NCBI RefSeq assembly: GCF_032444005.1
Contig: NC_091285.1
Coordinates: 298,716,001 to 298,780,000 of the forward strand
Length of the DNA stretch: 64,000 bases
Reading direction: 5' to 3'
Source: Ranitomeya imitator
Taxonomy: Eukaryota
Shown: piece by piece, positions 47,209 through 59,150 of the stretch
How the letters are laid out: each line of letters opens with the position of its first letter
Position numbering within the stretch: position 1 is the stretch's first letter
Made by a program: the position numbers and the translations under genes
Notes under the pieces: generated by a model
What the model was told of the DNA's origin: nothing
Databases searched by the model: none
The model's input: only the letters and a program-made list of their open reading frames with translations

Positions 47209-47538
47209 CCATGGCTACCTATATGTGTTTCAGGACCTGTGGTGATGTCACAACCACATGTCTGGTCATGTGATGGGTTCTGGGTGTGGTTAGACATATA
47301 AAAGAAAGCCTAATGCTTAACACAGGTAGGTATTTGTGGAGGTGAAACCCTCCTGAGTGTGTTACGGCTTCAGGACTGAGCCGGATGAACTGGACACTTG
47401 TTTTTCTTTACCTGAACCAAAGGCTATTTGTTTTCTGTTGTTTGCCACATGGTTTATGAAGCAATAAACCCAGTGAACTTTAAAGGAACACGTCTCCTGA
47501 GTGTCAGCCGTCGCAGCTGAGTGAGTGAAATCCCTACA
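47137..47538 (+). repeat. 3' LTR (402 bp)
   Basis: Direct repeat of 42364-42765. Confidence 0.97.
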
Positions 47539-48439
47539 ATATATAGTGAGTATAAAAATGCAATAACCCTATCCAAAATATAAAAATATATATATATATT
47601 TTCTTAATAAAAAATGCATAGGGCACAGAATTAATAAATCATCCTGTATTGATAGGTTCTCATATTATGCTTGGACTCTTTTAAATGGGTCCTTTCCTTT
47701 TGTTGCTTGTGTTTTATTATGTTTTTAATTTTTTTATTTCTATAGGTTTTTTTTTGCTAGATTTTTTTCATACTATGTAGTCGGCTGTAGCCTTGTCACC
47801 ACCTGTAACAGCTGCTGGTTCACATGCTGTCCTATGTGTGTGAGGGAACTGCGATACCCAGTGGCTGTGGCCGGCGGCGGCTTCAGTAAGGTTATTGCCG
47901 GTCAGTGCCACTGTTTCCAACACTGTCACAAAGAGAACAGCATGGAAACCATCGGATGTTGGGTCCCCATTCACTTTTTCTGGTTTGGGATCAAATTTGT
48001 GTAGCATTTTGGTACTCGAACCAAACTTTTTATAAAGTTTGACTGAACCCGACTGACTCGAACATCCATGGGCCTGCACATCACTAGTCACAAGGTCACA
48101 GTGTGAGTGCCCTTTAGTTTTCCTTAGCTTGTTGTTAAAATAAAATCCAATTCAGGCAACCAGTGGATACAGACAATCACATACCAGTTTCTCTAGACTT
48201 TCATTGTGTCCCACATACTTATAATGTATATGAAATTGCTGATAGTAGGAGTACAAATATTTTCAGACAACTGGACACTTCCCAAAGAAAATTAAGAGCC
48301 AATACCCCTAAATTCTCTGGCACAGACAATACATGATTTATAAATATAGGACAGTTTTATGACATTTCATTCATCTTTAACCTCTGAAATGTTTCCAAAA
48401 TAGAGCATGCTCTAGTTGAAAGGTTTTTAAGGTTAGTGT

Positions 48440-48624
48440 TAGAGATGAATGAATATGTTTGGAAAACCATAACTGTGCCGATTTTATGTTTGATGATCAT
48501 TTCCGAACATATTTGCCCATCTGTACTCCCATTGACTCCAATGGCGTTCGACTATGTTCGGTGAATATTGCAAATACGGCGATCGTAATCCGAAACCAAA
48601 TATTGAAATATGTGCTCATCTCTA
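48440..48624. mobile_element. hAT MITE (185 bp)
   Basis: TAGAGATGAATG...TGCTCATCTCTA; TSD GTTAGTGT/GTTAGTAT. Confidence 0.75.
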
Positions 48625-49981
48625 GTTAGTATCTGCACCAGTGGACCTCCATTTTTTTAAAACCATGTATTAAAAAAATAGAACGCTTATAGATTAACTT
48701 CATCTTTGACAAACACAAAAGAAAAATTTTAAACCAGCTGTTGTCAATTCTTTTCTTTGTTGCTCAGTGTAAATTATTAGTTATTTTCAGAAACCATAAG
48801 AAAAAATTATGATGATATTATTATTCACTCTGCTAAGTTTGAACTTCTTTACACATTAACAATGGTTGTACCAAGAAGAAAACAGCAAGTAATCAGAGCA
48901 CCTTGGTTACAAGTATACTATATTCTTTGATATTCCTAGCTACTTTTAATCTTACAATGTAGATTTGAAACATTTTGTTCATTTAGAACACAAACCTTTT
49001 CTCTTTAGCTTGTTATGAATGCCACTTGGAAAGTATTGTAGCTCAGGAAAATGAATACATGCATATTTAGAAATCTCTCATTATGCTTTCCTAAATCCCA
49101 CTGGGCTGTGAAAGAAATGCAGTGGTGACAGCATAAATCCTTTTTATGCAACTATGTTAACAAAAATTCCTCCGGGAAACATAACACTACTTTTTCAGTG
49201 CCACTGAACAATGACTATTACTGTATTATAAAGTGTTTATGAATTAGTGTCATTTTTATCAAATTCACATAGTGTGCACTTTACGCCTCTAGTTTTATCG
49301 CAGGTTAAGAAATAATTGAGATAGTTTATAACCGAAGACACATGGTGTCCCTGTTTAAAAGCAGGAGATGCACTTCTAACATGTCACAAATAGATGGTTT
49401 AGACTTCATAAAATAAAATGAACATTTCTCAAAGTTTATAGAAAAGGGTTTTTAAAATGAAATGTTCTAGATTTCTGAAGGTTAATGTTAGCAACAAAGT
49501 CACACATACCATAATAAACTGCTGTCACTATTCAGTGTAATGCAAGTGACAGATCTTCTTCAATTCCACACTCTGCTCAGAGCTGTCAGCAGTGTCTATC
49601 CGCCTCCCACCATGTCGCTGAGAATGAAATTCCCTAAGGGAAGGATTCCCTCCTGCATTGTTTATTTTATGTCTTGTTCCATTAACCACAAACAGACACC
49701 TTATACATTCTCATCTAACTATGACTGTATATTTATGTTTAATATTAAATACTACTCTTAATTATATTCACCCATCAGATATGGAAATAAAAGACGTTTT
49801 CATTCTGGCATGCTAAATGTCTTTATAATAAAATAAAATCCAGTAAAATATATTGCTTGAAATTATTTTTTGAGCATACAGCTGTATGGCTTTATAACAT
49901 GGTCCTGTAACTACTTCGTTGGAAGCCATAAGGTGCTTTGTACAGTGCATCAAAGCCTCCTAGGGAGAATAGCTCTGTAAT

Positions 49982-50146
49982 GATTGTGAGCCTTCGCGGG
50001 CAGGGTCCTCTCTCCTCCTGTACCAGTTATGACTTGTATTGTTTAAGATTATTGTACTTGTTTTTATTATGTATACCCCTCCTTACATGTAAAGCGCCAT
50101 GGAATAAATGGCGCTATAACAATAAATAATAATAATAATAATAATA
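49982..50146 (+). mobile_element. L2 3' terminal fragment
   Basis: GTGAGCCTTCGCGGGCAGGGTCCTC...CATGTAAAGCGCCATGGAATAAATGGCGCTATAACAATAA(ATA)n, the same tail as 17321-17480 inverted. Confidence 0.85.
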
Positions 50147-52374
50147 CCACATCTAATGGCCAAAGCCATATGAAACTTCAAAAGTTTAGATTTGCAAAAG
50201 GTAATACATAGCTGTACAACTCAGAGTTTGTAAGGAATTATATTACAATATGTATATGGTTCCCATGATGACATATGTTGAGATGCACAAAGGTACGCTA
50301 CATTTGCTTGTGTCAAAAATTAAAAAAAGTGAAAAGTATTCATCTAAAATTATTTTCTAACGTAAAGGAGTAGATGGAACAAAATTGCTGAAAATATTCT
50401 ATACTGATATGTTAAACAACTTTTGGAAAGTGCATCATAACTATTATATTAAATTGTGCTCAAATCCCCAGTGATGTAGACTTTCATTAAAGTCAGTACC
50501 CCTGAGAAGTCCTAAAATAGTGAGGCATATTCTCATTTGCAGACTTTGATACCTTATCCTTTCTCAAAAGCAGGAGTGAGCAAAAAGATCCCAGATTTTT
50601 GCAAAGCGATGCAGTTTGCTGAAGTGTATACGAGACTCTAGGACATCATTATGAAACTGACTATATTAGTTCATTAAATTACACATGTATGAAAGCAGCC
50701 AGAAGTCTGATATTTTTTTATTGCGCATTACAAAAAAATGTATCAGCTAGTTTTAAATTAGCTTAACATGGCACAAAATGAATTTAGGGAAAGACATTGC
50801 AGCAAAAAAACAAAAAATGAAATGGTGATGCCGTCCATAGTAACAAACCATTTTCTTTAACCACATATTGTGAACCCATTCACCCCGAAGCCTGTTTTCA
50901 CCTAAGTGACCGGGCCAATTTTTACAATTCTGACCATTGTCATTTTATGAGGTCATAACTCTGAAACGCTTCAACGGATCCTGGTGACTCTGACACTGTT
51001 TTCTCGTGACATATTGTATTTTATGATAGTGGCAACATTTCTTTGATATTACTTGCGTTTATTTGTGAAAAAATGGAAATTTGGTGAAAATTTTGCAATC
51101 TTCAAGCTTTGAATTTTTATACCGTTGCATCAGAGACTCATATCACACAAATTAGTTAATAAATAACATTTCCCACATGTCTACTTTACATCAGCACAAA
51201 TTTGAAACCAATTTTTTTTGTTAGGGAGTTATAAGGGTTAAAAGTTAAACAGCGATTTGTCATTTTTTTCAACAAACTTTACAAAACCATTTTTTTAGGG
51301 ACCACATCACATTTGAAGTCACTTTGAGGGGCTTATTTGATTTAAAATACCCAAAATTGACACTATTCTAAAAACTACACCCCTTGAGGTACTCAAAACC
51401 ACATTCAAGAAGTTTATTAACCCTTCAGGTGCTTCACAGGAATTAATGGAATGTGGAAGGAAAAAATGAACATTTAACTTTTTTTCACATAATGATCATT
51501 TAGCAACAATTTTTTTTATTTTCACAAGGGCAAACAGAGAAAATGGACCACTAAAGTTGTTGTGTAATTTCTCCTGAATACACTGATACCACTGATATGT
51601 GGGGGAAAACCAGTGTTTGGGCACACGGCAGGGCTCGGAAGGGAACGAGCGCCGTTTGACTTTTTCAAACCAAAATTGGCTGGAATTGAGATTGGACGCC
51701 ATGTTGCGTTTGGAGAGCCCCTGATGTACCTAAACAGTAGAAAACCACCACAAGTGATCCCATTTTGGAAACTAGACCCTTCAAGGAACTTATCCAGCTA
51801 TGTTGTGAGCACTTTGAACCCCCACGTGCTTCACAGAAGTTTAGAATGTGGAGGCGTGAAAATAAAAAAAATCACATTTTTTCCCCAAAATGATCTTTTA
51901 GCAACAATTTTTTTATCTTCACAAGTGTAAAAGGAGAAAATGGACCACTAAAGTTGTGCAATTTCTCCTGAATACACTGATACTCCATATGTGGGGGAAA
52001 ACCACTGTTTGGGTGCACGGCAGGGCTCGGAAGGAAAGGAGCGCCATTTGACATTTTCAAACCAAAATTGGCTGGAATTGAGATAGGACACCATGTCGCA
52101 TTTGGAGAGCCCATGATGTCCCTAAACAGTGGAAAACCGCCACAAGTTACCAAATTTTGGAAACTAGACCTTTCAAGGAACTTATCTAGCTATGTGGTGA
52201 GCACTGTGAACCTCCAAGTGCCTCACCAAAAATTATAACGTTGAGTCGTGAAAAAAAATAAAACACATTTTTTCCACAAAAATGATATTTCAGCTACAAT
52301 TTTTTTTATTTTCCCAAGGGTTATAGGAGAAAACAGACAGAAAAAGATGTTGTGCAATTTTTCATGAGTACGCC

Positions 52375-53215
52375 TGTTAGGAGTTGAGTTCCCACCGCTG
52401 CACAGGGGGAATCTCGAGCCATGTCTGCTGCGGTCTCCCATTCTGCATCAGCTGCAGTGGAGCCTGCTCAGCGGAGATGTCGGTCCCAGCGTCTCATTGG
52501 ATCTGATACTGTGCAATGGGTTACTGCTGCCTCTCCTCTGCTATTGTACCCTGCACTGGTCTGCGGCGAGCAGGCTTTTCTGGGACTAAGTCCTGCTTTG
52601 CATACACTGAGCATGCCCAGGGTAAGATCTCTCAGTGGAGGTCTAGGGTCACATGCTCAGGTACTGCAGCGACTTCCATTTGTCCTCCAGGAAGGCCCTG
52701 TACCTCATCAAGTTCTGTGGCAGCCTTCCTCTGGTCCTTCTTGGAAGATCCTGTACATGCTGCAGCTATAAAAGGTTCGCATGACCGCATGGCCATGCGC
52801 TAGTGTCAATTTATGTAAGAGCTCAGCTCTTGGTCGTGTTTGTATGCAGTCAGGGACCCGTCTGAAATAAGCCCCTAGAATGCTGGCACCTCCGGCGAGG
52901 AGTTTCATGTGAGTGGATTCAGGGCTGGCGTATAGCCATTAGAATTCTGGCTCCACCGGAGAGGAGCTGCGTGTTTGCATTTGACTGCATGACCATTAAC
53001 TGCTCTACTAAGTAGCTGTGTTCCTCTGTGAGCTAAACAGGGCACAGCGTTCTCTTTGCTAACAGACTCTTTGAAGTAACAGAGTTTGTTTATAGTACTA
53101 TATTGTACCGCCATACTTAGCGCAGGTTCTTTCCTGCATGGTGGATCCCGGGTTGCGAACGTACCTACTACTACTAATAAATATATATATTCAGTGCGTT
53201 CCGCCAACCCTAACA
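52375..53215. mobile_element. Solo LTR (841 bp), related to 2213-3273
   Basis: TGTTAGG...CCTAACA with 5-bp TSD ACGCC/ACACC. It splits the array motif tgagtacgc|gataccccatatgtg. Confidence 0.88.
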
Positions 53216-53254
53216 ACACCGATACCCCATATGTGGGGAAAAACCACTGTTTGG

Positions 53255-54870
53255 GCACATGTCGGGGCTTTGAAGCAATCCTTAATGCAAAGGCCAGGTT
53301 TCTCAGGGCAGGTTTCACAAAGGTAAATTGTGTCCTTTTGGATTCCCCTCTTGGGATATACTCTGCACCATTTTTGTGATCGTCCTGTCCTCGCTGTTTG
53401 GGGAACCTGTCCTGGGAAATGTTGACCTGGGACAATACGGGCACTATCAGATTCAGAAGTACTGGGGCCCTCACCTCCCTGAGTGCCAAACATTAGGGCC
53501 TTGATGACTACCTCCTGAAACTGAAGGAAGGTCCCCCCCGTATTGCCTGTAGATCGGAACAGCACAAAAGCATTGTACAGTGCCATCTGTACAATGTGCA
53601 CGGACAATTTTTTGTACCATACGTAAGCTTTTTGCATGGCACTGTATGGTTGGAGGACCTGATCTGAGAGATCCACACCCCCCATGTGCCGATTGTAATC
53701 CAGAATACAATCTGGCTTTGGGACTTGTGTTGTGGTCCCACGAACAGTGACAAGGGTGTTGTTGTCACGGTGTATGGTGGTCAGGATAAGGACATCCCTT
53801 TTGTCCTAATACCTGACCACTAGCATGTTGTTGCTGCATTGGGCTCTGCTTTCCCCTTTTCTCAGCATTTGCCCAATTATCAGCTTAGGGAGGCCTCGCT
53901 GATTTTTTCGCACGGTGCCACATGCAGCTGTACCTCTGACAGAGAGGGCCTTGAAGAATGGGATGCTGGTGTAAAAGTTGTCAATGTAGAGGTGATAACC
54001 CCTATCCAGCAGTGGGTGCAGCAATTTCCACGCAATTTTCCCACTCACCCCCAGGATGGGGGGCATTCAGGGGGGTTAATCTGGGTGTCCTTCTCCTCAT
54101 AGACCCTAAATCTGTGGTTGTGCCCTGATGTACTCTCACACAGTTTGTACAGCTTTATTCCGTACTTGGACCTCTTACTGGGCAGGTATTGTCGGAATTT
54201 TAGCCTCCCTTTGAAGTGAACGAGAGATTCATCAATAGCGATGTCCCTCTGGGGTGTGTACGTCTCAGCAAATTTTCTGCTGAAGTGTTCAACCACTGGT
54301 CGAACTTTATATAGACAATCAAAGTTTGGATCATCTGGAGGAGGACACTGTACTGTAGAGAATGTCAGTACTCCAGTATTGCCGAAGCTTTGGCTTTTTG
54401 ATTATGCCCATATGCAGCACAATTCCCCAAAATGTCATCATCTCTGCTGCATTTACGGGGGTCCATCTGGGGTGTGATGATGTGGGATTTTGGGTGAAAA
54501 ATTGTTGGGCATACAGGTTCGTCTGGGCCACCATAAGATTTATTATTTCATCACTGAAAAAGAATTTGAAGAAGTCAATTTCAGTGAGGCCAGTCAGCTC
54601 AAACTGGATTCCTGAGCTGCTGCTGAAATCCGGAATGACGGGCTGAAAATTTTCAGGGGGTGCAATCCATACATGATCGATTGCTGCAGGAGTTGCATGG
54701 GTCCTAGGGCACCTTGTTCGGGGTCCTTCCTCACCAGATGAGGAGGAGGAGGAGGATGAGGAGGAGGAATAGAGGAATGTGGGATCTTCCTCACTGGCTG
54801 TATCCCTGTCGGATGCAAGGATGGCGTAAGCCTCCTCTGGTGAATAGTGCCTTGTTGACGAATGGGCCAT
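53255..54870 (-). pseudogene. piggyBac (PGBD4-like) transposase pseudogene
   Basis: Acidic/Ser-rich N-terminus, IAIDESLVHFKGR, YIDNFYTS, MGGVDLSDQ (the DDD triad) and a Cys-rich tail CRVY..GIQKDTIYLCETCPEKPGLCIKDCF. Split across several frames, with a deletion and loss of the natural stop. Confidence 0.92.
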
Positions 54871-56308
54871 TTTTTTTCCAAAACCCTGGGGATGTGTGTG
54901 TAAGTGGTGCCTTTACACGTGTAATGTGTGGGGCTTGTGTATAGGGTACTCTTTATTATAACCAATCAGAGAGAAAAAACAAGTAGTGAGAAAAAATGTA
55001 GAAGAAACAAGAAAAAAAGATGAAAAGAAAAATCAGATGTAAAAAAATAAGTTTGTATAAAAAAAGTATAAATTTACCCTACGCAACTAAATCTTTTTTT
55101 GCAAAAGAAAAAACAAACACCACTAACAGTGGCAGCAGAGAGCACAAGCACAGAGCACGGATCTGGAGATCAGCACAGCACAGGAGGGCAGGAGATCACC
55201 AGGTTGATCACACTGGCCACTAATGGATTCCTTCACTCAGGTCAGACAGAGGGGCTTGGACAACCGCTCTGCATGCCAAATCTGAGAGAAAGATGGCGTG
55301 CAGGGCAGTGATCGGTATTTTAAATTAACCCCTTTGGCGCTGATTGGCTAGAAGCTATTTTTCAGCCAATCAGCGCCATAGGGGTTAATCAGGTGAGGCG
55401 ATCACCCCACCTACTGTGACAGCTGTGATTGGTGCGACCTCACACAGCACCAATCACAGCCTGTCACATGCTTTTTTTTTACTTTATTGTCATGTCGCTG
55501 TGATTCGCTGGTCAGAATTGACCAGCGAATCACAGCGATCGCTGATGCGGGGGGGTTGTGCAACCCCCCAGGGCTACGTGCAGAGATGGTCTGCTGTCAG
55601 GGACAGCAGCCATCGGAACCCGATCACCATGCGATGCCACGTGGTGACCGGAAAATGGCGGCGCCATACTAGTACTGCGGCTGGCACAAATGCAGGGCCT
55701 GCAGCGCCATACTAGTACGGCGCATGGCACAAAGGGGTTAATCTACTTCAATGGTAATGTTATCTAACACACATTATTCATCCATTAAAACAAAAATAAG
55801 CTTTAGTAAAACTACTCCAAGCAACAACTTATGTTGAAGCCTGGGGGAAGAAATGGGACATACAACACCAGAAAAATACGACACTAAAATGCAGCCTTTT
55901 TTTCTCCCCAAAAAACTGTAACTAGGTCCTCAACCATCATCGGTCATTAATCGTTTTTATGCCTCTTTTCTTATTCTTTTTGCATTTTGCTAATTGTTAA
56001 AAATTAACGATTTACATTTCTATTCTTGAAAGCATTCTTACTTTGCAGCATTTTTTCAATGCCTACTTAAAACTTTGGAACAGCATTGTATTTATGTAAC
56101 ATTTACACCTATATGGCTATGGCCACCTTTGACATGAAAAAAGGAGTTTATATATGGTAGTGGTTACCTTTAGTTGGTAACATTGAACTGTTTCAGACTG
56201 CAATCTTCATAACTTCCTTCATTTTCAGAGCCTCTGATATGCAATTTGAAACATGATTCAATTTTCAGATTTTTCTTATTGTTTCCATTTGCTTTTATTT
56301 ATCAGCAC

Positions 56309-56917
56309 TAAGATGAGAGAATCTGCAAAAATTCAAATTTGTAGATTCACTTGAATTTGTTTAGAAAATAAAATTTGCATTGAAGTTATTCAATGCAAAT
56401 CAAATGGGCATTGATTTGCTCTATGACCTCAGAGCATAAAAAATGGAGGGTAAAAAAATTACATTAAAATTAAAAAACAATGCTCACTTGGCCCTTTACT
56501 TTTCAGCACACCTCCAAACCTGGTCCAGTTCTTAGGTCTGTAGTCACAGGAGGTCTTCACTCTTCCTCACAGGTATCATTATAGTTTTTGTTGCCTCCGG
56601 CACTGACCAGACCTTGCGCCATTGTGTTGTTACATTCAACCTCTTCAGCAACCAGACCTCATGTGATGTCATGCATCACTAAAGGTGAGAAGTTGCATAG
56701 AAAAGTTGGGGGCCAGTGGATTTTGAGTATAATTATATTTATTCTTAACCATTTTCCCAACCATTTTGGAATCCAGAAAAAATTAAGGACAGAGGTCACC
56801 ATTTTGTTGCATTTGCCTGAAGCAAATTGCAATAATAATTTGAATTTGCACAAATCTAGTTTTTTAGTAAAATTTAAGGTAAATTCGATTTGCCTCGTAT
56901 TAATTCACCCAACTCTG
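56309..56917. mobile_element. Degenerate hAT MITE
   Basis: TA(-)AGATGAGAGAATC...ATTCACCCAACTCTG; TSD ATCAGCAC/ATCAGTAC. Confidence 0.55.
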
Positions 56918-57543
56918 ATCAGTACAGTTTTAATACTGTACTTTCCTCTCCATTTGTTTTCATACTTATCTATAGACTGTTCTTCATGCCCTATTAGATA
57001 CATGCTCTTGTCTCCACTACTGATCTGTGTACAACACCTCCCACTATCTTCTGTCATTTATAACAATGAGAAAAGGGGAGCAGAAAGCTGTCAGAACCAG
57101 GAGCAGGATTTCTGACAGATTTGAAATAGAGCTATGTAAAAGACTTTGGCTGTTCTCACAAATCCGCAAATAGCAGCCATGCTTGGATCGGAAGATCCAG
57201 CATGATGACAACTATATATATATATATTGAGCAATTAGCCCAGATCAGGAAATCCAGAGGTTGGATCTTTGATCCTGGTATGGTCTATGTTCATTGATGT
57301 ATGAAACTCACAAGCAAAATGGTAGAATGTTTATAAATGAAGATATTTAGAAAGCTGTTTAACTTTGAATTTAGGAAATGAATAATGAAAAAAACTTTGA
57401 TTCACAACAAGTTACCACCTGTTTCATAAATTGAATGATCCCAACTGTCATTTATAAAATATATAAAACATAGTTCAGTCAAGAGTAAAAGACAACAATA
57501 AAAACTTGTTTGTTGATCATAGTGTATGTTTTATATAGATATA

Positions 57544-59150
57544 CAGTGGGGCAAAAAAGTATTTAGTCAGTCAGCAATAGTGCAAGTTCCACCACTTAAA
57601 AAGATGAGAGGCGTCTGTAATTTACATCATAGGTAGACCTCAACTATGGGAGACAAACTGAGAAAAAAAAATCCAGAAAATCACATTGTCTGTTTTTTTA
57701 TCATTTTATTTGCATATTATGGTGGAAAATAAGTATTTGGTCAGAAACAAAATTTCATCTTAATACTTTGTAATATATCCTTTGTTGGCAATGACAGAGG
57801 TCAAACGTTTTCTGTAAGTCTTCACAAGGTTGCCACACACTGTTGTTGGTATGTTGGCCCATTCCTCCATGCAGATCTCCTCTAGAGCAGTGATGTTTTT
57901 GGCTTTTCGCTTGGCAACACGGATTTTCAACTCCCTCCAAAGGTTTTCTATAGGGTTGAGATCTGGAGACTGGCTAGGCCACTCCAGGACCTTGAAATGC
58001 TTCTTACGAAGCCACTCCTTCGTTGCCCTGGTGGTGTGCTTTGGATCATTGTCATGTTGAAAGACCCAGCCATGTTTCATCTTCAATGCCCTTGCTGATG
58101 GAAGGAGGTTTGCACTCAAAATCTCATGACACATGGCCCCATTCATTCTTTCATGTACCCGGATCAGTCGTCCTGGCCCCTTTGCAGAGAAACAGCCCCA
58201 AAGCATGATGTTTCCACCACCATGCTTTACAGTAGGTATGGTGTTTGATGGATGCAACTCAGTATTCTTTTTCCTCCAAACACGACAAGTTGTGTTTCTA
58301 CCAAACAGTTCCAGTTTGGTTTCATCAGACCATAGGACATTCTCCCAAAACTCCTCTGGATCATCCAAATGCTCTCTAGCAAACTTCAGACGGGCCCGGA
58401 CATGTACTGGCTTAAGCAGTGGGACACGTCTGGCACTGCAGGATCTGAGTCCATGGTGGCGTAGTGTGTTACTTATGGTAGGCCTTGTTACATTGGTCCC
58501 AGCTCTCTGCAGTTCATTCACTAGGTCCCCCCGCGTGGTTCTGGGATTTTTGCTCACTGTTCTTGTGATCATTCTGACCCCACGGGGTGGGATTTTGCGT
58601 GGAGCCCCAGATCGAGGGAGATTATCAGTGGTCTTGTATGTCTTCCATTTTCTAATTATTGCTCCCACTGTTGATTTCTTCACTCCAAGCTGGTTGGCTA
58701 TTGCAGATTCAGTCTTCCCAGCCTGGTGCAGGGCTACAATTTTGTTTCTGGTGTCCTTTGACAGCTCTTTGGTCTTCACCATAGTGGAGTTTGGAGTCAG
58801 ACTGTTTGAGGGTGTGCACAGGTGTCTTTTTATACTGATAACAAGTTTAAACAGGTGCCATTACTACAGGTAATGAGTGGAGGAAAGAGGAGACTCTTAA
58901 AGAAGTTGTTACAGGTCTGTGAGAGCCAGAAATCTTGATTGTTTGTTTCTGACCAAATACTTATTTTCCACCATAATATGCAAATAAAATGATAAAAAAA
59001 CAGACAATGTGATTTTCTGGATTTTTTTTTTCTCAGTTTGTCTCCCATAGTTGAGGTCTACCTATGATGTAAATTACAGACGCCTCTCATCTTTTTAAGT
59101 GGTGGAACTTGCACTATTGCTGACTGACTAAATACTTTTTTGCCCCACTG
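57544..59150 (-). mobile_element. Full-length Tc1 transposon, copy 2 (same family as 3864-5469)
   Basis: TA|CAGTGGGGCAAAAAAG...CTTTTTTGCCCCACTG|TA with ~208-bp TIRs. Confidence 0.97.
57760..58782 (-). CDS. Tc1 transposase, DD34E, 340 aa
   Basis: [29 protein letters not shown]; 12 amino-acid differences from copy 1. Confidence 0.96.
   Translation of the reverse strand: MVKTKELSKDTRNKIVALHQAGKTESAIANQLGVKKSTVGAIIRKWKTYKTTDNLPRSGAPRKIPPRGVRMITRTVSKNPRTTRGDLVNELQRAGTNVTRPTISNTLRHHGLRSCSARRVPLLKPVHVRARLKFAREHLDDPEEFWENVLWSDETKLELFGRNTTCRVWRKKNTELHPSNTIPTVKHGGGNIMLWGCFSAKGPGRLIRVHERMNGAMCHEILSANLLPSARALKMKHGWVFQHDNDPKHTTRATKEWLRKKHFKVLEWPSQSPDLNPIENLWRELKIRVAKRKAKNITALEEICMEEWANIPTTVCGNLVKTYRKRLTSVIANKGYITKY

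Larger units (their letters stand above)
42364..47538 (+). mobile_element. Full-length Gmr1-clade Ty3/Gypsy LTR retrotransposon
   Basis: 402-bp TG...CA LTRs, ATAT TSD (42360-63 and 47539-42), PBS, PPT, and a single ORF with integrase upstream of RT/RNase H. Confidence 0.97.
41310..48086. mobile_element. hAT MITE (~1.6 kb net) interrupted by the Gmr1-type retrotransposon
   Basis: AAGTGATGGGC...GCACATCACTA termini; 8-bp TSD GTCACCAG/GTCACAAG (7/8). Confidence 0.65.
50875..55737 (-). mobile_element. piggyBac element D with a defective transposase (relative of A and B)
   Basis: TGAA|CCCATTCACCCCGAAGCC...CACAAAGGGG|TTAA. Left arm and ~390-bp units are shared with A/B, and the right terminus matches B. 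Confidence 0.85.
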
